A DNA stretch of 64,000 nucleotides from an uncultured SAR86 cluster bacterium (lineage in GTDB: Bacteria; Pseudomonadota; Gammaproteobacteria; Magnimaribacterales; AG-339-G14). Position numbers and translations under genes: made by a program. The notes beneath the pieces were generated by a model, which had not been told where the DNA came from, did not search any database, and saw only the letters and a program-made list of their open reading frames with translations. The stretch is from contig CABZIF010000001.1 in assembly GCA_902525735.1 (NCBI GenBank), forward strand, positions 178,036 to 242,035, written 5' to 3'. This document shows positions 41,734-51,406 of the stretch, one piece after another (positions within the stretch are counted from its first letter, which is position 1; every line of letters begins with the position of its first letter).

Positions 41734-41874
41734 ATGATTTACGATTTTAATGATTATAATTTTCATGTTTGGTTAGTTTTATTAATAACCGTTGCTCTTA
41801 TAAGTCTTAATTTAATAGTTCCTAAAATTAGACTTAATAAAATAAATAAATTAAAAAAAATTGATAAAAATTAG
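41734..41874 (+). CDS. ccmD: Heme exporter protein CcmD
   Basis: Short single-TM protein (YNFHVW) with basic tail between ccmC and ccmE. Confidence 0.75.
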   Translation: MIYDFNDYNFHVWLVLLITVALISLNLIVPKIRLNKINKLKKIDKN

Positions 41875-42286
41875 AAAAAATCGTCTTTACGCAGTTTTAT
41901 TTATATTCGGCTCTTCATTGTTGGCAACTGTTTTAGTCCTGACAGCGCTCAATCAAAACATCAACCTTTTTTATTCTCCCTCAGATTTGTTTGCCTCTAA
42001 TCCCTCACCAAATAAGTCAATACGTGTTGGTGGATTAGTTCAAAAGGGCTCACTGATAAGAATACCTGATTCGTTAGAAATAAATTTTACAATCACTGAT
42101 TTAAAAGAAGAAGTTACAGTTAATTATTCAGGTATTTTACCCGACTTATTTAAAGAGGATGCGGGAGTGGTTGCAACTGGATATTACGATCAAATTAACA
42201 ATAGTTTTCAAGCTTTTGAAATCTTGGCTAAACACGATGAAAATTATGAACCAAAAGAAGTAGTTCAAGCTCTGGAGGGAAAATGA
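41861..42286 (+). CDS. ccmE: Heme chaperone CcmE
   Basis: ILPDLFKE and LAKHDENY. Confidence 0.96.
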   Translation: MIKIRKNRLYAVLFIFGSSLLATVLVLTALNQNINLFYSPSDLFASNPSPNKSIRVGGLVQKGSLIRIPDSLEINFTITDLKEEVTVNYSGILPDLFKEDAGVVATGYYDQINNSFQAFEILAKHDENYEPKEVVQALEGK

Positions 42287-44175
42287 TTCCTGAAGTAGGC
42301 AATATTTTTCTGATAATATCTTTTGTTCTAGCTGTTACTATTTTTTGTCTAGCAAGCTATTCGTACTACCTTAATAGAGAAATACTTAATTTATCAAATT
42401 TAGTTTATTTCAAGTTTGTTTCTATTCTCATGAGTTTTATTGCACTAGAGATATCATTCTTATCTGATGATTTCAGTGTGCTTTATGTAGCAAGCAATTC
42501 CAATCCTTTTTTACCAATTTATTACAAGTTTTCAGCCCTTTGGGGTGGACACGAAGGCTCGATGCTTTTATTTATTTTGATTCTTTCTTTATGGATCGTT
42601 TTATTCTCATTATCTACAAATTATCAATCTGTTAGAGACAAGAACTACCTTCACGGCTTTACCTCTTTAATTTTTTTAAGCTTTGCAGGTTTTACCATAT
42701 TCACATCTAATCCTTTCGAAAGATTGCTGCCAATTTCTCCTTTAAATGGAACAGATCTAAATCCTTTATTGCAAGATTTTGCTTTTACCATTCATCCTCC
42801 GATGCTTTATTTAGGCTATGCAGGTTTGGTAATTCCATTTGCTATCGCGTTAGGCCGTTGCGTCGGTGTGATGGAAGCTTGGGCTATGAGAATAAAAAAA
42901 TGGACAACATTAGCCTGGAGTTTTTTAACACTCGGGATTGCGCTGGGGAGTTGGTGGGCTTATTACGAGCTTGGTTGGGGCGGTTGGTGGTTTTGGGATC
43001 CCGTAGAAAACTCCTCATTGGTTCCCTGGTTAATTGCCACAGCATTAATACACTCAGCGATTGTTACTAATAAAAGAAATATTTTTATTAACTGGACTAT
43101 TCTATTATCGGTTTTGGCGGTAATTGGAAGCTTTATTGGCATGTTTTTAGTTAGGTCTGGAATCTTAACCTCAGTTCATACTTTTGCTCTTGATCCAGAA
43201 AGAGGATTGATTTTGTTGATGTTAACTTTTTTGATATCTATTTATTCTTTTTATCTATTTTTTAGGGCAGACATAATCTCAAAAGAAGCAGCAGATTATT
43301 CTTTTTTTTCAAAAGAATTTTTCTTGTTAATCAATAATGCTTTATTGCTCATATTAGCCATTGTGATCTTGTTTGGAACAATATACCCAATTATTTACGA
43401 TATCTTTACTGGTGGTAAGAGTATTACAGTTGGAGCACCTTATTTTAATTTAACAACTGTACCAATTGCTTTTTTTATAGCCTTTTTTCAAGGTTATGGA
43501 ATCTTAACTTTTTGGGGAAAATCTAAAAAAGATAATTATTTTTATTTAACTTGTTTAGGTTTAGTTTTTATTCTCACTTTTTTCTTCACTTACACTTTGT
43601 TTAATTATCCAGATATTTTTTCCACGGCTAGTTATTTGATGTTCGCTGCAATTATTTCTGGATTAGTAGTCTATATTTATAGAAATTCAAAAAACTCAAT
43701 TTTACTATTTAATAATTTAGGCATGGTTACGGCACATTTTGGGATTGCCGTAATGATTTTAGGTATAGGTGTCGTTTCTTCTTTTTCGCAAAATAAAGAA
43801 GTAATAATTGGAAAAGGAGAATTCACTAATTTGAATAATTACAATATAAAGTTGGTTGATGAGGGGAAGCAAGATTTCTCAAATTACTATGCTCAAGTTG
43901 TTCAATTCGAAGTTTTAGATAATACAACTAAAAATAAAATAGATTTAAAACCTGAAAAAAGCTTTTATCCAGCTTCTAATAATGTGATGACCGAATCTGA
44001 TATCTATGTAAGTCCGAAAGAAGATTTATACATTAGTCTTAGTGAAAAATTGGATTCAGGCAAATGGATAGCAAAAATACAGATCAAACCCTTTGTAAGA
44101 TTAATTTGGTTAGGCGCATTAATTATGACAATTGGAGGATTTTTAGCAGTCTTTAGAAGAACAAAGTATGAATAA
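42283..44175 (+). CDS. ccmF: Cytochrome c heme lyase CcmF
   Basis: WGGHEGS, IHPP, WGGWWFWDPVEN. Confidence 0.97.
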   Translation: MIPEVGNIFLIISFVLAVTIFCLASYSYYLNREILNLSNLVYFKFVSILMSFIALEISFLSDDFSVLYVASNSNPFLPIYYKFSALWGGHEGSMLLFILILSLWIVLFSLSTNYQSVRDKNYLHGFTSLIFLSFAGFTIFTSNPFERLLPISPLNGTDLNPLLQDFAFTIHPPMLYLGYAGLVIPFAIALGRCVGVMEAWAMRIKKWTTLAWSFLTLGIALGSWWAYYELGWGGWWFWDPVENSSLVPWLIATALIHSAIVTNKRNIFINWTILLSVLAVIGSFIGMFLVRSGILTSVHTFALDPERGLILLMLTFLISIYSFYLFFRADIISKEAADYSFFSKEFFLLINNALLLILAIVILFGTIYPIIYDIFTGGKSITVGAPYFNLTTVPIAFFIAFFQGYGILTFWGKSKKDNYFYLTCLGLVFILTFFFTYTLFNYPDIFSTASYLMFAAIISGLVVYIYRNSKNSILLFNNLGMVTAHFGIAVMILGIGVVSSFSQNKEVIIGKGEFTNLNNYNIKLVDEGKQDFSNYYAQVVQFEVLDNTTKNKIDLKPEKSFYPASNNVMTESDIYVSPKEDLYISLSEKLDSGKWIAKIQIKPFVRLIWLGALIMTIGGFLAVFRRTKYE

Positions 44176-44674
44176 AATAAATCTTTTTCTATTTTCCAGT
44201 CTCTTTATAGGAATTCTTTTTCTTATTTTCATTGTTACATTGTTAAACCCTAATGAAAAAACAATTGAGGTTTCTAGTTTTCCAGCTTTTGAGATGAACG
44301 AATTAAATGAAGAGCCAATCAATCAAAATTCATTTCAAGAGGGCGAGTATAAATTAATTAATGTATGGGCTACTTGGTGTGTTAATTGTAAATTAGAACA
44401 TGGTTTCTTAATGAGTCTGCAGAATAAAGGAATAAAAATTTTTGGATTGAACTACAAAGATGACAAAGAAAAAGCTCTTAGATGGCTTGATCAATTTGGT
44501 AACCCTTATTGGAAAACTATTTATGATCCAAGAGGTAATTTTGGATTAGAAATTGGAGTTTCTGGAGCACCAGAAACCTATTTAATAGATAAAAGAAATA
44601 AAATTGTTCAAAAACATATTGGCATAATTGATGAAAAGGTTTGGGTGAATAAATTTACAAATTTAATAGAATGA
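44168..44674 (+). CDS. ccmG: Thiol:disulfide interchange protein CcmG/DsbE
   Basis: WATWCVNC and GAPET. Confidence 0.93.
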   Translation: MNKINLFLFSSLFIGILFLIFIVTLLNPNEKTIEVSSFPAFEMNELNEEPINQNSFQEGEYKLINVWATWCVNCKLEHGFLMSLQNKGIKIFGLNYKDDKEKALRWLDQFGNPYWKTIYDPRGNFGLEIGVSGAPETYLIDKRNKIVQKHIGIIDEKVWVNKFTNLIE

Positions 44675-45060
44675 AATTTTTCTCTTATTTTTTATTATTT
44701 GTTTCATATTTTGTTTTTACTCAAGAAGCTTTGAACTTATACTCTTTTTCATCCGAAGATCACGAACAAAGGTTTTATTCTTTGGCTGAGGAAATAAGTT
44801 GCCCGTTATGCGAAGGTTCAAGCATCAATGGTTCTACATCTCCAATAGCTAAAGACATGAAAAATATTATTTTTAATATGATTCTCGAAAATAAGAGCGA
44901 TGATCAAATTAAATTTTTTTTAACTGAAAAATTTGGTGACGATATTCTTTACATGCCTCCAGTAAATAACTTTTCTTATTTACTTTTTTTCTTTCCAATA
45001 ATTTTAATTTTATTATCAGCTTATTTTCTTTACTTGGTACTTCAAAAAAATGACAAGTAG
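44671..45060 (+). CDS. ccmH: Cytochrome c biogenesis protein CcmH
   Basis: Signal peptide, ISCPLC, FGDDILYMPP, C-terminal TM. Confidence 0.9.
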   Translation: MKFFSYFLLFVSYFVFTQEALNLYSFSSEDHEQRFYSLAEEISCPLCEGSSINGSTSPIAKDMKNIIFNMILENKSDDQIKFFLTEKFGDDILYMPPVNNFSYLLFFFPIILILLSAYFLYLVLQKNDK

Positions 45061-45634
45061 AATTCTTTTATTGATTTCAGTCATTACTGCTTTGTTAATT
45101 TATTTATCTATTGGTGGTTTTGATAATTTAACTAAACAGTCTTTTAGTTCTTTTTATAAAGGCGAAAAAGACGAAAATTTTATTTTAAATTTAAATACTA
45201 GAACTGATGAATTATTAAATTTGAATAGTTTGTCTGCGTCTGAATTGAATTTACTTGCTATGAATTTACTTGCGGATGGACACTATGATCAGTCATATAA
45301 GGTCTTAAATAAATATATTGCCGTTTACCCGGATCAAATTGATGCCGAAATTTATGCTGCCTATGCAGAGGTTCAATATCTTATTAACGATCTATCCTTC
45401 AACGCAAATATCTTAAAAAATTTGGAAAAATCTCTTTACCTTGACCCATCAAATCATAAAGCCCTTACAATGAAAGGGCTTTATTTATTTAGTCAAAGTG
45501 AATTTGAACTAGCTCTAAAAAGTTGGTCCGTTGCTCTAGAAAATGTAGATTCTGAAGACGAAAAAAAGTCTTTAATTTTAGTGATGAATACAGCTCTTAA
45601 AGAGTTAGAAATTAAAAAAAACAACAGTAAATAA
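45050..45634 (+). CDS. TPR protein, short CcmI/CycH-like
   Basis: TM with YLSIG, TPR-like helices (LDPSNHKAL); last gene of the ccm operon. Confidence 0.7.
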   Translation: MTSRILLLISVITALLIYLSIGGFDNLTKQSFSSFYKGEKDENFILNLNTRTDELLNLNSLSASELNLLAMNLLADGHYDQSYKVLNKYIAVYPDQIDAEIYAAYAEVQYLINDLSFNANILKNLEKSLYLDPSNHKALTMKGLYLFSQSEFELALKSWSVALENVDSEDEKKSLILVMNTALKELEIKKNNSK

Positions 45635-45671
45635 GTCTTAAATCGTTTAAAATATAGCTTAGAAGCTAAAT

Positions 45672-48104
45672 ATGCGATTAAAAAATATTAGTCTTTCAGG
45701 TTTTAAATCTTTCGTTGATCCAACGAAAATTAGCTTCCCCTCCAGTATGTCAGGCGTCGTAGGTCCAAATGGGTGTGGTAAATCAAACATTATTGATGCA
45801 GTTCGATGGGTGATGGGTGAAATTTCAGCAAAAAACCTAAGAGGAGAATCAATGGCCGATGTAATTTTTAATGGATCTTCATCTAGAGCCCCTTCAAGCA
45901 GAGCTTCAGTAGAACTTCTGTTTGATAATGATCAAGGCAGGATAGGGGGTGAATATTCTTCCTATTCAGAAATTTCAGTAAAAAGAGTATTAGATTTAGA
46001 CGGGAAATCTACTTATTCATTAAATGGATCTGAATGCAGAAGAAAAGACATAACCGACATATTTTTAGGAACCGGATTAGGTCCTAGAAGTTATGCCGTG
46101 ATTGAACAAGAAATGGCAACGAAATTAATAAGTTCAAAACCAGAAGAGTTGCGAGCTTATATAGAAGAAGTTGCTGGAATATCGATATACAGGGAAAGAA
46201 AAAAAGAAACAGAGTCGAGAATAAAAAAGACTAGAGAAAATCTTAATAGGGTTTCTGATATTCGCGATGAAATAGAAAGAGCTTTACTCAAACTCAATCA
46301 ACAGGTTAAGTCAGCTGAAAGATATAACTTTCTTAAGGAAAAAGAGAAAAAATTTAATGGTTTATTGAAAGCATTTAGTTGGCAAGCAAGAAATGAAGCT
46401 GCTTCAAAACTAGATTTAAGTGTTAAACAAACTGAATTAGAAATTGAAAAATTACAAACTGAAAAACAAAAGTTAATCAGTTCGATTGATGTCTTTAGGT
46501 CACAACAAAATGACTTACAGTCAGAAATAGATTCAATACAAGAAGATTTTTATTCAAGTGGAGCAAATCTTTCAAAGTCAGAACAACAACTAGTTTTTTT
46601 AAAAGATAAAAAAAATCAATTATCGATCGAACTAGAAACACAAAAAGAAAACCAACAAAATTTATCCGATAGAAAAGTTTCTTTTGTAAAAGAAATAGAA
46701 GATTTAAATACTGAACTTAAACAAAAAGAGCCTAAATTAGAAAAAATGGATGCATCCATTTCAAAACTTGATGGAGCTTTGTCTCCAGTATTTATTTTAA
46801 AACAAATTATGATCGAACAATCTAGCTTGATGAATAGTCTTGATGATTTCAAATTAAATTTTAACTCTAAGAGCAGTCAAGATTTAGACCCAATTATTAA
46901 TGATTTAAAAAAGTTTGAAGACAAACTTTCTCAGTTAAATGAAATACTAGAAAAACAAGAAGATTATCAAGAAGAAAAGTTTTTATCTCAAAAGAATGAT
47001 CTCTTAAAACTTAGCGGCGAGATAACAAGTCTCAAAGTAAAGATTGCGACAATATCTAGAGACATTGCTTCTATAGATGAACAAGAATATTTTGTCAGAG
47101 AGGCTTTTGAATCAAATACAAATCAACTTAAAGAATTAGAGCAGCCAATTCTTGAATTAGAAAAAGAGATGAAGCCTTTGTTAGATTCAAGGGCAAATGT
47201 AGAAGATGATTTAATAAATAGAAGATCAAAATTTGCTGAAATTTCTGATGAAATCAGACAATGTGAAAGAAGATCGCATGAAGTTGACATCTCCATTGAA
47301 AAAATCAGAACTGATTCTCAAGATTCAAAAGTTACCAGACAAGGATACCTGTCTGAAGCAGAGGTATATTTAAAACAATTAGAAAAAGACGATTTCGTTT
47401 TAGGAGATTTATTAAAAGAACTGGCCAATGATGAAACCGAAGAAAATCTCATTAATGAAATTTCTAAAATTGAGTCATCCATTTCAAGAATAGGGCAAAT
47501 AAATTTAGCTGCGGCAGAAGAATATAAAATTGAGGAAGAGAGGAAATTAGAAATAGAATCTCAATTCGCAGAATTAGAAAAGGCATTGACAACTTTACAA
47601 AACGCTATAAAGAAAATTGATTTGGAATCAAAAACCAAATTCAAAGACACCTTAGACCAATTGAATGTAAAAGTTGCTGAGTTGTTTCCCAAGCTTTTTG
47701 GAGGTGGACATGCCAGCCTTGAGTTAACTAGTGAAGACCTTCTTGAGTCAGGTGTTTTCTTTCGAGCAATGCCTCCGGGTAAAAAAAATGTAAATGTGTC
47801 TCAACTATCTGGTGGAGAAAAAGCACTTTCAGCAATTGCTTTGGTTTTCTCATTTTTTGCCCTCAATCCAGCTCCTTTTTGCATTTTGGATGAAATTGAT
47901 GCTCCACTGGATGATTTTAATACTGCTAGATTTATTTCCATGGTTAAAGAAATGTCAGATAAAGTCCAATTTATTTTCGTAACTCACAATAAGATCTCCA
48001 TGGAAAAAAGCAAGCATCTATTAGGAGTAACAATGCAAGAACCAGGTGTTTCTAGACTGGTATCTGTTGATGTAGACGAAGCAATAAAGTTAGCAGCCGT
48101 ATAA
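45672..48104 (+). CDS. smc: Chromosome segregation protein SMC, short form with no recognisable hinge
   Basis: GFKSF, GPNGCGKSN, LSGGE, ILDEIDAPLDD, VTH; smc-zipA-ligA synteny. Confidence 0.92.
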   Translation: MRLKNISLSGFKSFVDPTKISFPSSMSGVVGPNGCGKSNIIDAVRWVMGEISAKNLRGESMADVIFNGSSSRAPSSRASVELLFDNDQGRIGGEYSSYSEISVKRVLDLDGKSTYSLNGSECRRKDITDIFLGTGLGPRSYAVIEQEMATKLISSKPEELRAYIEEVAGISIYRERKKETESRIKKTRENLNRVSDIRDEIERALLKLNQQVKSAERYNFLKEKEKKFNGLLKAFSWQARNEAASKLDLSVKQTELEIEKLQTEKQKLISSIDVFRSQQNDLQSEIDSIQEDFYSSGANLSKSEQQLVFLKDKKNQLSIELETQKENQQNLSDRKVSFVKEIEDLNTELKQKEPKLEKMDASISKLDGALSPVFILKQIMIEQSSLMNSLDDFKLNFNSKSSQDLDPIINDLKKFEDKLSQLNEILEKQEDYQEEKFLSQKNDLLKLSGEITSLKVKIATISRDIASIDEQEYFVREAFESNTNQLKELEQPILELEKEMKPLLDSRANVEDDLINRRSKFAEISDEIRQCERRSHEVDISIEKIRTDSQDSKVTRQGYLSEAEVYLKQLEKDDFVLGDLLKELANDETEENLINEISKIESSISRIGQINLAAAEEYKIEEERKLEIESQFAELEKALTTLQNAIKKIDLESKTKFKDTLDQLNVKVAELFPKLFGGGHASLELTSEDLLESGVFFRAMPPGKKNVNVSQLSGGEKALSAIALVFSFFALNPAPFCILDEIDAPLDDFNTARFISMVKEMSDKVQFIFVTHNKISMEKSKHLLGVTMQEPGVSRLVSVDVDEAIKLAAV

Positions 48105-48766
48105 TGACTTTTAGTGAAATCTTAGTTTTATTTTTGGCTTTAGTAATAGCAATTACATTAGTACTAATGTTGAGAAAACTTTTTTTTGGCAGAAAAACAA
48201 AAATTCAAATTGATAAGAAAGTTAACTCTAGAGAACTCTTTGAGCCAGTTGGATCTGAGAATTCTGAAAAAGAAATTCCTCAAGATGATAATTTAGACGA
48301 ACTTGCTGAAGAAGGAATTTTAGATTCAAGTCCAGAAGGAGAAATTGAAAATGTTAAGCCTGAGATGCTTACTCTCCACCTTCAAAATACTGAAGAGTCA
48401 AAATTTTCTTACGATGCAATTAAAAAGTTTCTCGGTTCTAGCAGTATTGAATATAGTGATGAAGGGGGTTGGTTTAAAATTTCTATAGATGAGGATGACT
48501 CTTTTTTATTAGTCAACGGATTGAATCCAGGAAAGTTTGTTCCTGAGGACGGTTTGCTAGAAACCCAAGTCATGACTTTGATTTATTCTTTTAAACCTAA
48601 GGCCAATTCAGTGAGCGCTTTTTCCAAGATGATAGATATCGCTCAATTAATGGCAGAAAATTTTCAAAGTAAAATATTAGATTCTGATCGTAATAATTTA
48701 ACCAAACAAATGGTAGATCATTATTCGCAAATTGCAGAAGAGTATGATTTAAATAATCTCGCCTAA
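48104..48766 (+). CDS. zipA: Cell division protein ZipA-like
   Basis: N-terminal TM, acidic linker, C-terminal NPGKF...AFSKM...ILDSDRNNLT; located between smc and ligA. Confidence 0.8.
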   Translation: MTFSEILVLFLALVIAITLVLMLRKLFFGRKTKIQIDKKVNSRELFEPVGSENSEKEIPQDDNLDELAEEGILDSSPEGEIENVKPEMLTLHLQNTEESKFSYDAIKKFLGSSSIEYSDEGGWFKISIDEDDSFLLVNGLNPGKFVPEDGLLETQVMTLIYSFKPKANSVSAFSKMIDIAQLMAENFQSKILDSDRNNLTKQMVDHYSQIAEEYDLNNLA

Positions 48767-48768
48767 TC

Positions 48769-50811
48769 ATGGCAGCTAAAAAAGAAATCAAAGAAATATA
48801 CAGCTCTTTGAAAAATGAGATAAACCATCATAATTTTCTTTATCACAACAAAGATCAACCAGAAATTACAGATGTTGAGTATGATCAATTATTTCAAAAA
48901 CTTTTAAAACTTGAAGATGAATATCTTTTTTTAGACAAAAGTGATTCTCCAAGCTCTAGAGTTGGAGACACTCCTCAATCAGATTTGAAAGAATTCCTTC
49001 ATGAGGTACCTATGTTATCTCTAGATAATGCCTTTGAGTCTGAAGATTTATATGATTTTGAAAAAAGGGTTTTTAACAAAATAAAAAAACAAAAGCTTCA
49101 TTATTCTTGTGAGCCAAAAATAGATGGTGTTGCAGTTAGCTTAATTTATGAAAAAGGAAAATTTATCAAAGCAGGAACTAGAGGCGATGGCGAACAGGGA
49201 GAAGATATTACTCATAATGTTAAAACAATAAAACAAATTCCTTTAACCTTAAATGGAAATAATTTTCCAAAAAAAATAGAAATAAGAGGTGAAATATATT
49301 GCGAAAAGACAGCGTTTGATAAATTTAACAAAGAGTATTCCAAGTCTGACCAAAAGACCTTTGCAAATCCAAGAAATTTTGTAGCCGGGAGCATTAGACA
49401 ACTCAATCCTGAAATAGCGGCAGCAAGGCCATTAAAAATTCAATTGCATAGTTTAGGTTATGTGGATCAAAAAAATTTCTTCAAATCTCATCACGAAATG
49501 CTTGATACCTTTCTAAGTTGGAATTTACCGATTAATCCTGATATTGGCCTAGTTGATTCAATTGATGCAGTTATTTCATATTGTGAAAAATTAACAAATA
49601 AAAGAGAAGCTTTAAACTATGAAATAGACGGAGTAGTGATAAAAATTGATGACGTGTCTCTTCAACAAGAGCTTGGTTTTTCATCAAGATCTCCCAAATG
49701 GTCAATTGCCAAAAAATTTAAAGCTGAAGAAGGCACAACTGAAGTATTGTCAGTAAATTTTCAAATGGGAAGAACTGGAGCTTTAACACCAGTTGCTAAT
49801 CTAAAACCAGTTAAATTAGGCGGTGTAACAATTTCAAATGCAACACTGCATAATATGGATGAAGTTGAAAGGCTAGACATAAGAATAGGAGATTTTGTCA
49901 AAGTAAAAAGAGCTGGGGATGTAATTCCCAAAGTTATTAAAGTAGAAAAAAATAAAAGAAAGGGTAAAAATAAAAAAATAATACAACCAACTCATTGTTC
50001 AAGTTGCTCGAGACCTCTAAAATTTTTCGAAGGATTAACTCCTAATTTAGATCTATCAAAATTAGAGAACGAGGATCAAAGTTGTTATGGCTATAGCCAA
50101 TTTAAAGAAACTTTAAAACACTTTGTTTCAAGACAGGCAATGGACATAGATGGCCTTGGTTCAAAAACCATTGATCAAATGGTTGATAAAGGAATAATTA
50201 AATCTATAAAAGATTTATACCTTTTAAAAAAAGAAAGCTTTGTTGAGTTAGATGGTTTTGCAGAGAAATCTATCAATAATTTGCTCAGTTCTATAAATAA
50301 AAGCAAGAACATTAGGTTAAGTAATTTTATATATGCTTTAGGCATTAAAGAGATTGGTCTCGAAACTTCAAAAAATTTATCAAAAAGATTCTTAAAAATT
50401 GAAAATATTTTTTCAGCTTCAGTAGATGATTTTATATCAGTAGACGACATAGGCGAAGTTGCATCAGCTAATCTGCATGCATTTTTTTCAGACAAACTTA
50501 ATATTAAGTTTTTAGAAGAAATTATTAATTTAGGTTTTAAACTTGAGGCAGAAAAGGTTACCTCTCAAACTTCTAAACTCGGCGGTAAAAAAATTGCTAT
50601 CACAGGAAAACTATCTTTCATCTCAAGAGATGAATTGAAATCTAAATTAGAAGATCTTGGCGTGAAAGTTGTGAATTCGATTTCAAAAAATACAGATTAT
50701 GTAATTGTTGGATCTGATGCTGGCTCTAAATTAGAGAAAGCAAGATCTCTAAACATTGAAATAATATCAGATAAAAATTTGGACACTTTTTTGAAGCAAA
50801 ATGAAAATTAA
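48769..50811 (+). CDS. ligA: NAD-dependent DNA ligase
   Basis: PMLSLDN, EPKIDG, TRGDG, RAGDVIP, C-terminal BRCT. Confidence 0.97.
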   Translation: MAAKKEIKEIYSSLKNEINHHNFLYHNKDQPEITDVEYDQLFQKLLKLEDEYLFLDKSDSPSSRVGDTPQSDLKEFLHEVPMLSLDNAFESEDLYDFEKRVFNKIKKQKLHYSCEPKIDGVAVSLIYEKGKFIKAGTRGDGEQGEDITHNVKTIKQIPLTLNGNNFPKKIEIRGEIYCEKTAFDKFNKEYSKSDQKTFANPRNFVAGSIRQLNPEIAAARPLKIQLHSLGYVDQKNFFKSHHEMLDTFLSWNLPINPDIGLVDSIDAVISYCEKLTNKREALNYEIDGVVIKIDDVSLQQELGFSSRSPKWSIAKKFKAEEGTTEVLSVNFQMGRTGALTPVANLKPVKLGGVTISNATLHNMDEVERLDIRIGDFVKVKRAGDVIPKVIKVEKNKRKGKNKKIIQPTHCSSCSRPLKFFEGLTPNLDLSKLENEDQSCYGYSQFKETLKHFVSRQAMDIDGLGSKTIDQMVDKGIIKSIKDLYLLKKESFVELDGFAEKSINNLLSSINKSKNIRLSNFIYALGIKEIGLETSKNLSKRFLKIENIFSASVDDFISVDDIGEVASANLHAFFSDKLNIKFLEEIINLGFKLEAEKVTSQTSKLGGKKIAITGKLSFISRDELKSKLEDLGVKVVNSISKNTDYVIVGSDAGSKLEKARSLNIEIISDKNLDTFLKQNEN

Positions 50812-51406
50812 TCTGATTTTAATAACTTCAATTATGTTTGCCAGTTGCGCAGTATCTCCGCCATCTAAAACCTCTAATATTTGTGATATATACGATGAAA
50901 AGAGAAGTTGGTATAGGGCATCACTCAGAACAGAAAAAAAATGGGGCATTGCTCCAGAAGTCACTATGGCTTTTATCAAACACGAATCTAGTTATCAACA
51001 AGGAGCAAAACCTGAAAGAACAAGAATATTTTTTGGGCTGCTACCCGGAAAAAGAAAGAGTACAGCGTATGGTTATGCCCAAGTCACTGATGGAACATGG
51101 GAATCTTATAAAAAGGCAACGGGTTATAGATTTGTTTCTAGAAGAGATTTCAGTGATGCAGTTGATTTTATTGGTTGGTACAACGACAGAAGTAGCAAAA
51201 AATTAGGAATTCCTAAAAATAATGCGCGTTTACTTTACTTAGCGTATCACGAAGGAATGAATGGGTATAAAAAAGGATCTTATCGAGCCAAACCTTGGCT
51301 GCTTTCCGTATCAACTAATGTTCAAAACACAGCTAATATGTATAGCAGCCAATTTGAAAAATGTAAAAAGAGACTTGGCAGTCGTTTTTACTTCTTATTC
51401 AATTAG
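50801..51406 (+). CDS. Lipoprotein with transglycosylase SLT-like domain
   Basis: Lipobox-like FASC, HESS, STAYGYAQ...TW, YLAYHEG. Confidence 0.75.
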   Translation: MKINLILITSIMFASCAVSPPSKTSNICDIYDEKRSWYRASLRTEKKWGIAPEVTMAFIKHESSYQQGAKPERTRIFFGLLPGKRKSTAYGYAQVTDGTWESYKKATGYRFVSRRDFSDAVDFIGWYNDRSSKKLGIPKNNARLLYLAYHEGMNGYKKGSYRAKPWLLSVSTNVQNTANMYSSQFEKCKKRLGSRFYFLFN

